DNA of 64,000 bases from an uncultured Pelagibacteraceae bacterium (GTDB taxonomy: Bacteria; Pseudomonadota; Alphaproteobacteria; Pelagibacterales; Pelagibacteraceae), in NCBI GenBank assembly GCA_902596185.1, contig CACJSX010000002.1, positions 10,779-74,778 on the forward strand, in the 5' to 3' direction. Position numbers and translations under genes: made by a program. Positions within the stretch are counted from its first letter, which is position 1. The number at the start of each line of letters is the position of its first letter. This document shows, in pieces, positions 9,838-19,100 of the stretch. Below the pieces are notes generated by a model. It searched no databases and had not been told where the DNA came from. It worked only from the letters and a program-made list of their open reading frames with translations.

Positions 9838-10710
9838 ATGACAACAAATAAATTAGCAATTATAGGTGGCAGTGGTCTTTATGATGTTGAGGAATTTAAA
9901 AATAGAGAATTGCTCGATTTAAAAACACCATGGGGAAGTCCATCTGATCAGATCTTAAAAACTAAATATAATAGCAAGGAAGTTTATTTTTTACCAAGAC
10001 ATGGAAGAGGGCACTTTGTTTCCCCCTCAAATATTAATTTTAGAGCAAATATAGATGCTCTTAAACAACTAGGAGTTACCGACATTGTTTCTGTATCAGC
10101 TGTAGGTTCTCTTAAGGAAGATTTGCAACCTGGAAAATTTGTTATTATAGATCAATTTATTGATAGAACTTTTGCAAGGACAAAAACTTTTTTTGACGAT
10201 GAGATTGTTGCCCATGTTTCAATGGCGCATCCAACATCCAAGGGATTAATGAACGCCTGTGAAGACGCAATTAAAAAATCAAACATAGAATATCAAAGAA
10301 AAGGAACTTATGTGGTTATGGAAGGACCACAATTTTCAACATTAGCAGAATCAAATTTATATAGATCATGGAAAGCTGATGTAATTGGTATGACCAATAT
10401 GCCAGAGGCAAAATTGGCGCGAGAAGCTGAAATTAGATACGCATCAGTTTCAATGGTTACTGATTTTGATTGTTGGCATCCAGATCATGAAAATGTTGAT
10501 GTTCAACAAGTAATCAAAGTTTTATTAGGAAACGCTGAAAAAGCTAAAATTATGATTAAAAATTTGATTGATAATTTTGAAGATCATATTGATCCAAATG
10601 ATCCAACAAACAATTGTTTAGATGTTGCTATAATAACTGCCCCTGAAAAAAGAACAAAAAAAACAATTGGTAAACTTAAAACAATAGCTGGAAGAGTTTT
10701 ATCTAAATGA
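9838..10710 (+). CDS. mtnP: S-methyl-5'-thioadenosine phosphorylase
   Basis: IIGGSG, TPWGSPS, PRHGRGH, MEGPQFSTLAES, GMTNMPEA, VTDFDCW. Confidence 0.95.
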   Translation: MTTNKLAIIGGSGLYDVEEFKNRELLDLKTPWGSPSDQILKTKYNSKEVYFLPRHGRGHFVSPSNINFRANIDALKQLGVTDIVSVSAVGSLKEDLQPGKFVIIDQFIDRTFARTKTFFDDEIVAHVSMAHPTSKGLMNACEDAIKKSNIEYQRKGTYVVMEGPQFSTLAESNLYRSWKADVIGMTNMPEAKLAREAEIRYASVSMVTDFDCWHPDHENVDVQQVIKVLLGNAEKAKIMIKNLIDNFEDHIDPNDPTNNCLDVAIITAPEKRTKKTIGKLKTIAGRVLSK

Positions 10711-11780
10711 AGATTGAAGGTAAAGATTATCGAACAATATGGTATGAGGAAAATGTTGTAAAAATAATTGACCAAACCAAACTTCCTCATCAATTTATAA
10801 TTAAAGAATTAAAGACAGTAAAAGATGCAATAAGCGCTATTAAAATAATGAAAGTGAGGGGAGCTCCTTTAATTGGAGGAACAGCTGCTTACGGTCTAGC
10901 TTTGGCAGTTCAAGAAAATAATGATCCAGAATTTATAAAAAAAAGTGCAAAAGAATTAATTCAATCAAGACCTACTGCTATTAATTTAAAATGGGCTGTA
11001 GACCGAATGATAAAAAAATTAGCAGGAATTAACGGTGAACAAATAGCAAGTATTGCTTTAAATGAAGCAAAAGAAATATGCGATCAAGATGAAAAGTTTT
11101 GTGAAAATATTGGTATTAATGGATTAAAAATAATTGAAGAAATTTATAATAAAAAGAAAGATACAGTAAACATATTAACACATTGTAATGCAGGTTGGTT
11201 GGCAACAATTAATTGGGGTACAGCCACATCACCAATTTATCATGCACATAAAAAAGGTATACCAGTGCATGTATGGGTAGACGAAACAAGACCAAGAAAC
11301 CAAGGTGCTAATTTAACTTCATATGAATTAAATGAAGAAAAAATTCCAAATACTATCATTGCTGATAATACAGGTGGTATTTTAATGCAGAGAGGACAAG
11401 TTGATATGTGCATAGTAGGAACAGACAGAACTTTATCTAACGGAGATGTTTGCAATAAAATTGGAACCTATCTTAAAGCGCTAGCAGCTCATGATAATGA
11501 TGTTCCATTTTATGTAGCACTCCCAAGTTCAACAATTGATTGGGATATTAAAGAAGCTAAAGATATTCCTATCGAGGAAAGAAATTCAGAGGAATTATCT
11601 CATGTAGAGGGTGTTGATGAGAATAATCAACTTAAGAAAGTTTTGATATATCCTAAAAAAAGTAAGGCAATAAATTTAGCTTTTGATGTTACACCTGCAA
11701 AATATGTAACAGGTTTGATTACAGAAAGAGGGATTTCTAAAGCTTCATCTGATGGTTTAAAAGAATTATTTAAGAAATAA
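10707..11780 (+). CDS. mtnA: S-methyl-5-thioribose-1-phosphate isomerase
   Basis: DQTKLP, VRGAPLIG, RPTAINL, THCNAG, DETRPRNQG, NKIGTY. Confidence 0.96.
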   Translation: MKIEGKDYRTIWYEENVVKIIDQTKLPHQFIIKELKTVKDAISAIKIMKVRGAPLIGGTAAYGLALAVQENNDPEFIKKSAKELIQSRPTAINLKWAVDRMIKKLAGINGEQIASIALNEAKEICDQDEKFCENIGINGLKIIEEIYNKKKDTVNILTHCNAGWLATINWGTATSPIYHAHKKGIPVHVWVDETRPRNQGANLTSYELNEEKIPNTIIADNTGGILMQRGQVDMCIVGTDRTLSNGDVCNKIGTYLKALAAHDNDVPFYVALPSSTIDWDIKEAKDIPIEERNSEELSHVEGVDENNQLKKVLIYPKKSKAINLAFDVTPAKYVTGLITERGISKASSDGLKELFKK

Positions 11781-12873
11781 TTTTAGAGGAAATTAATCCA
11801 TCGAGTGGTTTTGGGTGAAACCATGTGGATTTTTGTGGCATATACTTTCTCTTTTCGGCAAAAGATAAAACTTGTGAAATATTAGTAGGATATAACTTGA
11901 ATGCCAAATCATACCTTTTAGAATTAACTAAATTTTCTAAAACTTTTTTACCTTTAAAACCTGATACGAATTCAATATTTTTTTTATTTTTCAAGATTTT
12001 ATTTAATATTAATTTCCTTAATATTGTTACATCTAATTCTTTTGATTTTTTAAAAAGCTGAAGAGTATGCCATTTTTTATTTACGTACATTTCGATTTGA
12101 TTTTGTTTTAGTTTTTTATTTTTTTTAGAAATATTTATAGAAAAATGTTTTGAAATTATTTTCTTAATTTTATTAAACTTTAAGTTAGTTTTTACCACTC
12201 TATTGTAATCCAATATATTTACTTGTTTATAAGGAAAAGCAATTATCATTGGAGCAATTTTCTTTTTACTTTTGAGCATTGCTTGAATTCGATGATGTCC
12301 ATCACATATATATATTTTCTTTATACTTTTAAGATAATTTCTAAGTAATTTTTCTATACTGTTTTTTTTAACAACCCAAAGCTCATGCCTACATTTGTCT
12401 TTAGATGTAAAATTATAATCTGGCTTGAATTTAAAAATACGATTTAACTTCTTTAAAGAATTTGAATTAGTCTTGTACGTTGTATAAATGGGGCTTATTT
12501 GACTATTAAACTTTAATAATTGTTCTTTTCTTTTTCTTATCCTTTCAACAAAAGTCTCCTCGTGACCTAATATTTTTTTGTCATCATAATTTTCTAAATT
12601 TATTTTTCCAACAATTCCAAGTAATTTATTCTTACTGTATGTAATTCGATATAAATAGAAATGATTAGATTGATCTTTTTGAATAATGCCTTTCTCTTTA
12701 AGAGAATTAAGCATTTTTTTTGATTTATTTATATTAAAAGTATTTAATAAATTAAGAAAATTTAATTTTTTACTTGGTTTATAATTATCAATATAACTGA
12801 TGTTAGGAGAAGTTATTTGTTTTGCGAATTTTTTTTTAGGTCTTATTCCGCTAAATGGTTTAATGAGACTCAA
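11770..12873 (-). CDS. DUF1015 family protein (ParB/Srx-fold, putative free serine kinase)
   Basis: IKPFSGIRP N-terminus, GHEET, YICDGHHR, YNRVV, MPQKSTWFHPKPLDGL C-terminus. Confidence 0.85.
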   Translation of the reverse strand: MSLIKPFSGIRPKKKFAKQITSPNISYIDNYKPSKKLNFLNLLNTFNINKSKKMLNSLKEKGIIQKDQSNHFYLYRITYSKNKLLGIVGKINLENYDDKKILGHEETFVERIRKRKEQLLKFNSQISPIYTTYKTNSNSLKKLNRIFKFKPDYNFTSKDKCRHELWVVKKNSIEKLLRNYLKSIKKIYICDGHHRIQAMLKSKKKIAPMIIAFPYKQVNILDYNRVVKTNLKFNKIKKIISKHFSINISKKNKKLKQNQIEMYVNKKWHTLQLFKKSKELDVTILRKLILNKILKNKKNIEFVSGFKGKKVLENLVNSKRYDLAFKLYPTNISQVLSFAEKRKYMPQKSTWFHPKPLDGLISSKIIS

Positions 12874-12881
12874 TTTTTATA

Positions 12882-14243
12882 TTAAGCAATTTTTGGAAGT
12901 TCCTCTAATGCTTTGTCTACGCTTGCTTGATCAAATTTATCTTCAGCTAAATTTCCTTCAAAATAATCACCATAAGCTTTCATATCAAAGTGACCATGTC
13001 CACAAAGATTAAATAGAATTGATTTGGCTTCACCATTTTTTTTACATTCTAATGCTGCATCAACTGCACCTTTAACTGCGTGAGTAGCTTCTGGAGCTGG
13101 AACGATTCCTTCTGTTCTTGCGAAATTAACTCCTGCTTCAAAACACTCTTTTTGACCATATGATTTTGCTTCTATTGCACCTATTTCCTTAAGATGACTA
13201 ACCATAGGCGCCATTGCATGGTATCTTAATCCTCCAGAATGTGTTGCTGGTGGAATAAATTGAGACCCTAAAGTATGTGTTTTCATTAACGGTGTTAATC
13301 TTCCAGTATCACCAAAATCATAAACAAATTTCCCTTTTGTAAGTGAAGGACACGATTTTGGTTCACAAGCTATTACTCTAGTGTTTTTTCCTTCTCTAAA
13401 ATTTTTACCTATAAATGGAAAAACTAATCCTGAAAAATTACTTCCACCTCCAGTGCAACCAACTAATATGTCTGGATAATCATCAGCCATTTCCATTTGA
13501 AGTAAAGCTTCATTACCTACAATCGTTTGATGCATTAAAACATGATTTAAAACGCTACCAAGCGCATATTTAGTGTCAGGATTTTTTGCTGCCATTTCTA
13601 CTGCCTCTGAAATAGCAATACCTAAACTACCTGTATTATTTGGATCTTTTGCTAAAATAGCTTTTCCACTTTCAGTTTCATCTGATGGACTTGCAACACA
13701 TCTTGCACCATATGTCTGCATTACTAGTTTTCTATATGGCTTTTGTTCAAAACTAACTTTAACCATATAAACATCCAGTTCTATTCCAAACAGTTTACAC
13801 GCAAAAGCAAGCGAAGTTCCCCATTGACCCGCACCAGTTTCAGTGGTTATTTTTTTTGTTCCTTCCTCTTTATTATAAAAAGCTTGTGCAACTGCAGTAT
13901 TAGGTTTGTGACTTCCAGATGGGCTTACTCCTTCATATTTATAGTAAATTTTTGCAGGTGTATCTAAAAATTTTTCTAATTTTCTAGCTCTGTAAAGTGG
14001 AGAAGGTCTCCATTGTTTATAAATATCTCTAACTGGTTCCGGAATTTCAATTTCTCTTTCCTGAGAAACTTCTTGTCCAATTAAAGCCATTGGAAATAAT
14101 GGAGCTAAATCATCTGGTCCTATAGGTTTAAGAGTTCCTGGATGCAAAACTGGATCTAGAGGTTTTGGAAGATCAGCAGCAATATTATACCAAGTTTTTG
14201 GCATTTTGCTTTCTTCTAGAAAATATTTTATTGTATCGGCCAT
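12882..14243 (-). CDS. trpB2: TrpB2, stand-alone tryptophan synthase beta-type PLP enzyme
   Basis: PKTWYNI, WRPSPLYRA, GSHKPNTA, TETGAGQWG, GGGSNF, HSGGLRYH, NLCGHGHFD; 453 aa; no trpA nearby. Confidence 0.93.
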   Translation of the reverse strand: MADTIKYFLEESKMPKTWYNIAADLPKPLDPVLHPGTLKPIGPDDLAPLFPMALIGQEVSQEREIEIPEPVRDIYKQWRPSPLYRARKLEKFLDTPAKIYYKYEGVSPSGSHKPNTAVAQAFYNKEEGTKKITTETGAGQWGTSLAFACKLFGIELDVYMVKVSFEQKPYRKLVMQTYGARCVASPSDETESGKAILAKDPNNTGSLGIAISEAVEMAAKNPDTKYALGSVLNHVLMHQTIVGNEALLQMEMADDYPDILVGCTGGGSNFSGLVFPFIGKNFREGKNTRVIACEPKSCPSLTKGKFVYDFGDTGRLTPLMKTHTLGSQFIPPATHSGGLRYHAMAPMVSHLKEIGAIEAKSYGQKECFEAGVNFARTEGIVPAPEATHAVKGAVDAALECKKNGEAKSILFNLCGHGHFDMKAYGDYFEGNLAEDKFDQASVDKALEELPKIA

Positions 14244-14296
14244 TTTAATATTTATGTAGTCTGTTCTTAAATTAACTTAAAATCAAGTTGTTTTTA

Positions 14297-14929
14297 ATGA
14301 GGAAAATTAAGGCTGAAATTATAAATTATTCAAAAATGCTTAACAGCAGAAAGCTATCAGCTCTTAGATCTGGTAATATATCAGCAAGATATAAAGATGG
14401 TTTTTTAATTACCCCTTCCGGAAAAAAATATTCTTCTCTTAAAAATAAAGATATTGTTTTTGTTTCATTGGAGGGAAAGTTTGATAAAAAAAAAGGAATT
14501 CCATCAACAGAATGGCAATTTCATAAAGATATTTATATTAATAAAAAAGAAGCTAATGCAATTGTTCACGCTCATTCAACTAATGCAACAGCAATTTCTA
14601 CTCATAAGAGAGGAATTCCATCTTTTCATTACATGGTAGCCATGGCTGGAGGTCACGATATTAAATGTGCAAAATATGCAACCTATGGGACTAAAGCATT
14701 ATCAAAAAATATTTTAAGTGCTTTAAATGGAAGAAAAGCTTGCTTGATTGCAAATCACGGTCAGATTGCATTTGAGGAGAATTTATCAAAAGCTTTTGAA
14801 CTAGCTGAAGAGGTTGAAAATATATCACTTCAGTATATAACGAGCCTTAAATTGGGTAAGCCTAAGATTCTTTCGTTAAAAGAAATGAAAAAAGTTTTAT
14901 CCAAGTCACAGAATTATAAAAGGGGATAA
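14297..14929 (+). CDS. class II aldolase, FucA/Ald2-like (probable 5-methylthio/5-deoxy-ribulose-1-phosphate aldolase)
   Basis: SGNISAR, ITPSG, PSTEWQFH, HAH, FHYMVAMAGG, NHG; clustered with mtnP-mtnA and no fucose genes. Confidence 0.82.
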   Translation: MRKIKAEIINYSKMLNSRKLSALRSGNISARYKDGFLITPSGKKYSSLKNKDIVFVSLEGKFDKKKGIPSTEWQFHKDIYINKKEANAIVHAHSTNATAISTHKRGIPSFHYMVAMAGGHDIKCAKYATYGTKALSKNILSALNGRKACLIANHGQIAFEENLSKAFELAEEVENISLQYITSLKLGKPKILSLKEMKKVLSKSQNYKRG

Positions 14930-14932
14930 CTA

Positions 14933-15973
14933 ATGACTAAAGTTGGAGAACATATAACTCTAGACATTATCGGCACCACAAAAGAATACGATCCTTCGGT
15001 ATTTGAAACAGTAATCAATAAAATTGCAAAAGCTGCAAATGTTACAATACTTAAAATTTCCAAATATAAATTTGAACCTCAAGGATTTACAATTCTTGCT
15101 TTGTTGGCAGAAAGCCATATCAGCTTCCATACATTTCCAGAAAAAGGAATTATAAGTTTTGATTTCTTTACTTGTGGAAAGATTAGTCCATCAGTTGCTA
15201 TTGATATAGTAAAAAAAGAATTTGAACATAAAAGAATAGTAAAAAAAGAGTTTAATAGAGATACCAAATCTCTTTATCATGATATTTATAGCTCACCAGG
15301 ATTACAAAAATCATATGTGGTTAATGATGTTTTAGAAGACTTTAAATCTAAGGTAGGTCAACATATTGAAATTTTAGACTTAGAACAATTTGGAAAATCT
15401 TTATTTATAGATGGTGAGATACAAGTTGCTGCTACTGACGAACATTTATACAGTTCTACTTTCGTTGGTTCTAGTTTAGATTTAAACAAAGATAATGATA
15501 GAGCTGCTATTATAGGTGGTGGTGATGGTGGAGTTGCAAGAGAATGTATTTCAAAGAATTTTAATTTTATTGATTGGTACGAACTTGACCCAGAAGTAGT
15601 TGACGTATGTAATAAACATCTTGGAGATATTGGCAATAAAGCAACCGAAAAAAATTCTGTTAAATGTGTATGGGGTGATGCATTTGAAAGTATTAAAGCT
15701 GTAGGTGATGATACTTATGATCATATTTTTGTCGATCTTAATGATGATCAATTTTGTATAGATTTAGCTGCAAAGAACATGGACTCGCTTGTAAGAATTT
15801 TGAAGCCAAAAGGAGTTATTACCGCACAAGTTGGAAGTCAGGATAAAAAACCACAGCAGGTTGAAAATTGGTTAAATGTATTTAACCAAAACTTTGGAAA
15901 CGCAAAATTATCAAGAGTTTACATACCTAGTTTTGATTGTTCTTGGAATTTTTCCTCTTCTATAAATCATTAA
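14933..15973 (+). CDS. fusion of pyruvoyl AdoMet decarboxylase (SpeD) and aminopropyltransferase (SpeE)
   Basis: N-half FEPQG..LAESHISFHTFPE..DFFTCG; C-half IDGEIQ, IIGGGDGG, ELD. Confidence 0.9.
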   Translation: MTKVGEHITLDIIGTTKEYDPSVFETVINKIAKAANVTILKISKYKFEPQGFTILALLAESHISFHTFPEKGIISFDFFTCGKISPSVAIDIVKKEFEHKRIVKKEFNRDTKSLYHDIYSSPGLQKSYVVNDVLEDFKSKVGQHIEILDLEQFGKSLFIDGEIQVAATDEHLYSSTFVGSSLDLNKDNDRAAIIGGGDGGVARECISKNFNFIDWYELDPEVVDVCNKHLGDIGNKATEKNSVKCVWGDAFESIKAVGDDTYDHIFVDLNDDQFCIDLAAKNMDSLVRILKPKGVITAQVGSQDKKPQQVENWLNVFNQNFGNAKLSRVYIPSFDCSWNFSSSINH

Positions 15974-16032
15974 TTTTTCTTTTTTCTTATTTAAAACTGT
16001 GAAATAATTATTCCTAATTAAAGGAGAAAATA

Positions 16033-16884
16033 ATGAATATATTTAAAAAAACTATTTTAACAGTTCTAGCTTCTTTATTATTAATCGGAAACGTTTATGC
16101 TGATAAAATAAAAATTGGAACTGAGGGTGCTTACCCGCCGTGGAATTCAAAAGACGCTTCAGGTAATCTTATTGGTTTTGAGGTTGAGTTAGCTAATGAA
16201 CTTTGTGCAATTATGAAGCATGAGTGCACTATAGTTGAACAAGACTGGGATGGAATGATCCCTGCATTATTGATGAGAAAATTTGATGCGATTATGGCTG
16301 GAATGTCTATCACAGCTGAGAGACAAAAAACAATTACTTTTTCACAAGGTTATGCTGATGAAGTTGCATCTCTTGCAGTAATGAAAGGTTCAAGTTTAGA
16401 GGGCATGGATACACCAGAAGGTATTAATTTATCATTAGGTGGATCTGATGTTAAGAAAGCTCTTAAAACTTTAACAGGAGCACTTGCTGGTAAAACTGTT
16501 TGTACACAAACAGGAACTATTCACCAAAACTTTTTAGAGTCAGGTGACGTAGGAAGTGTAAATGTTAGAACTTATAAAACTCAAGACGAAGTCAACTTAG
16601 ATTTAACATCTGGTAGATGTGATGTTGCATTAGCTGCAGCAGTTGCATTTACAGATTACGCTGACAAATCAGGTAAACCAGTTGTGTTAGTTGGACCAAC
16701 ATTTTCAGGAGGCGCATTTGGTAATGGTGTTGGTGTTGGAATTAGACAAGGTGGTGATGATGCAATTGGAAAAAGAGATGCAAAATTACTTAAAGATTTC
16801 AACAAAGCGATTAATACAGCTCGAAAAAAAGGTATTATTAGCAAGCTTGCTATTAAACACTTTGGTTTCGACGCATCTATGTAA
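16033..16884 (+). CDS. polar/basic amino acid ABC transporter substrate-binding protein (ArgT/HisJ/OccJ family)
   Basis: Signal peptide, TEGAYPPWN, QDWDGMIPAL, GMSITAER; strong RBS AAGGAG. Confidence 0.92.
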   Translation: MNIFKKTILTVLASLLLIGNVYADKIKIGTEGAYPPWNSKDASGNLIGFEVELANELCAIMKHECTIVEQDWDGMIPALLMRKFDAIMAGMSITAERQKTITFSQGYADEVASLAVMKGSSLEGMDTPEGINLSLGGSDVKKALKTLTGALAGKTVCTQTGTIHQNFLESGDVGSVNVRTYKTQDEVNLDLTSGRCDVALAAAVAFTDYADKSGKPVVLVGPTFSGGAFGNGVGVGIRQGGDDAIGKRDAKLLKDFNKAINTARKKGIISKLAIKHFGFDASM

Positions 16885-16896
16885 TCATTTTCAGAT

Positions 16897-16923
16897 TTGG
16901 CGACTATAATATATAGTCGCCAA
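16897..16923 (+). promoter_or_regulatory. intercistronic stem-loop after the binding-protein gene
   Basis: Perfect 12-bp inverted repeat TTGGCGACTATA-ata-TATAGTCGCCAA without U-tract, 5 nt before next ATG. Confidence 0.75.
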
Positions 16924-16928
16924 TCTAT

Positions 16929-17621
16929 ATGGAACTTCTAACATTTGGTAAAACAGGTTGGGGTGATGAGTTATTTTACGCAACCTTAATGACAATTGCT
17001 GTATCGATTACAGCAATGTTAGTTGGTTTCTTTTTTGCATTAATTTTTACACCTTTAAAACTTTCAAAATATAAAACTTTAAATTTAGTTGGTAATTTTT
17101 ATACAACGGTAATCCGTGGAGTACCTGAACTACTAGTAATTTACCTTTTCTTTTTTGGTGGCAGTGGAGCGATCATGTATGTAGCTTCTATTTTTGGGTA
17201 TTATGAATACATAGAAATTAACGCCTTTATTACTGGCTCAATGGCTATTGGAATTATTTCTGGTGCTTATTCAACAGAAGTATTTAGAGGTGCTATACAA
17301 TCTATAGATAAAGGACAATTTGAAGCTGCAAAGGTTCTTGGAATAAATAAGTTTGGGCAGTTCTATAAAATAATTTTACCTCAAATGCTAAGGTTAGCTA
17401 TTCCAAATTTAAGCAATGTTTGGCAAATAACATTAAAAGACACTTCTCTTATTTCAGTTACTGGATTGGTTGAAATAATGAGACAATCATATATTGCAGC
17501 TGGTTCAACAAGAGATCCATTATTCTTCTATTCATTTGCAGCAGTTTTATATCTGTTGCTTACTTATGTGAGCATGAAATTAATTAACAAGTTAGAAGTT
17601 AGATATAGCAGGGGGTATTAA
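16929..17621 (+). CDS. amino acid ABC transporter permease (HisQ/OccQ-like)
   Basis: IRGVPELL, AYSTEVFRG, GQFEAA, LKDTSL. Confidence 0.92.
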   Translation: MELLTFGKTGWGDELFYATLMTIAVSITAMLVGFFFALIFTPLKLSKYKTLNLVGNFYTTVIRGVPELLVIYLFFFGGSGAIMYVASIFGYYEYIEINAFITGSMAIGIISGAYSTEVFRGAIQSIDKGQFEAAKVLGINKFGQFYKIILPQMLRLAIPNLSNVWQITLKDTSLISVTGLVEIMRQSYIAAGSTRDPLFFYSFAAVLYLLLTYVSMKLINKLEVRYSRGY

Positions 17622-18298
17622 TGGATTTTGATTTAATGATCACCAGTTTCCCTAAACTCTTAGGAGCAACAGTAGTCACACTAAAATTATTATCTGCATC
17701 ATTATTTTTTGGATTATTCCTAGGTCTTTTCTTCGCAATTTTAAGATTAAACAAAAATATCTTTATTAATAAATTTGCTTATGGGTATTCATATATATTT
17801 AGAGGGACACCTTTATTAGTTCAAATTTTCATTATTTATTTTGGCTTAGGACAAATTGAATATTTAAGAACAACCTTTTTGTGGGTTATTTTAAAAGAAC
17901 CTTATTGGTGTGCAATAATAGCATTTACTTTAAATACAGGCGCATATACCTCTGAGATTTTAAGATCAGCATTTCAAACAATAAAACCAGGAATTATTGA
18001 AGCTGGAAAAAGCTTAGGTATATCTAATAAGATAATCTTTTATAAAATTCAAATTCCAATTGCTATTAGACAATCACTCCCTGCATACGGAAATGAAATC
18101 ATATTGATGATGAAAGGAACTTCTTTAGCAAGTACGGTAACTTTAATGGATTTAACTGGAGTTGCTAAATATATAATTTCAACAACTTTTAAACCAATCG
18201 AGGTATTCATTGTTGCTGGTGGAATTTATTTGTTCATGACTTTTATCATTCACAACGTAATCAAATATTTAGAGAAAAAGTATAGCTTTCAACAGTAA
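17621..18298 (+). CDS. amino acid ABC transporter permease (HisM/OccM-like)
   Basis: FRGTPLLVQ, AYTSEILR, LPAYGNE, KGTSLAS. Confidence 0.92.
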   Translation: MDFDLMITSFPKLLGATVVTLKLLSASLFFGLFLGLFFAILRLNKNIFINKFAYGYSYIFRGTPLLVQIFIIYFGLGQIEYLRTTFLWVILKEPYWCAIIAFTLNTGAYTSEILRSAFQTIKPGIIEAGKSLGISNKIIFYKIQIPIAIRQSLPAYGNEIILMMKGTSLASTVTLMDLTGVAKYIISTTFKPIEVFIVAGGIYLFMTFIIHNVIKYLEKKYSFQQ

Positions 18299-18300
18299 AA

Positions 18301-19089
18301 ATGTTTTTATCTCACAGACAAATTAAAGATTATCAAAATGATGGTGTCATAATAATTAAAAATGTATTTAAAGATTGGATTGAACCACTTAGAAAAGGTT
18401 TCCAAAAAGTTTTAGATAATCCAAGTAAACACAGTAGAGAAAACGTAATTGATAATAATGGAAGATTTTTTGAGGATTATTGTAACTGGGAAAGAATAGA
18501 AGAATTTAAGGATTGTTTATATAATTCACCTGGGGCTCAAATAGTGGCAGAAGCAACTAATTCTAAATTTATTCAAATTTTTCATGAACACATTTTTATA
18601 AAGGATCCAGGTACTCACAAAGAAACACCTTGGCATCAAGATATGCCATATTACTGTGTAGATGGTAACAACACAGGAAGTTTTTGGATTCCATTAGATA
18701 AAGTTGATCAGAAAAATAATCTTAAATTGATTTTAGCCTCTCACAAATGGACAAAATTAATTAGACCTACAAAGTGGTCAAATAACCGGTCTTGGTATAA
18801 AAATGACAGTTCTTTTATGGATTTACCTTCAGAAGAAGAATTTAAAAAAAATATTTTAATTCCAGAACTAAGTTTAGGTGATGCTGTTTTGTTTAATTTT
18901 AAAACTGTACATGGTTCAACAGCAAACAATACTTCTAAAGCTCGAAGGGCTTTTTCAATGAGATTTATAGGGGATGATGTTAAATATATTGATAGAGGAG
19001 GATCTACTTCACCACCATTTGATGGTATCAATTTAAAAACAGGAGACTTGATGAGAGAAGATTGGTTTCCAAAAATATTTAATAATTAA
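18301..19089 (+). CDS. phytanoyl-CoA dioxygenase (PhyH) family Fe(II)/2-oxoglutarate dioxygenase
   Basis: TPWHQD (HxD), WIPLD, GDAVLF..TVHGS, RRAFS. Confidence 0.88.
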   Translation: MFLSHRQIKDYQNDGVIIIKNVFKDWIEPLRKGFQKVLDNPSKHSRENVIDNNGRFFEDYCNWERIEEFKDCLYNSPGAQIVAEATNSKFIQIFHEHIFIKDPGTHKETPWHQDMPYYCVDGNNTGSFWIPLDKVDQKNNLKLILASHKWTKLIRPTKWSNNRSWYKNDSSFMDLPSEEEFKKNILIPELSLGDAVLFNFKTVHGSTANNTSKARRAFSMRFIGDDVKYIDRGGSTSPPFDGINLKTGDLMREDWFPKIFNN

Positions 19090-19100
19090 TTTTCCTTTTT

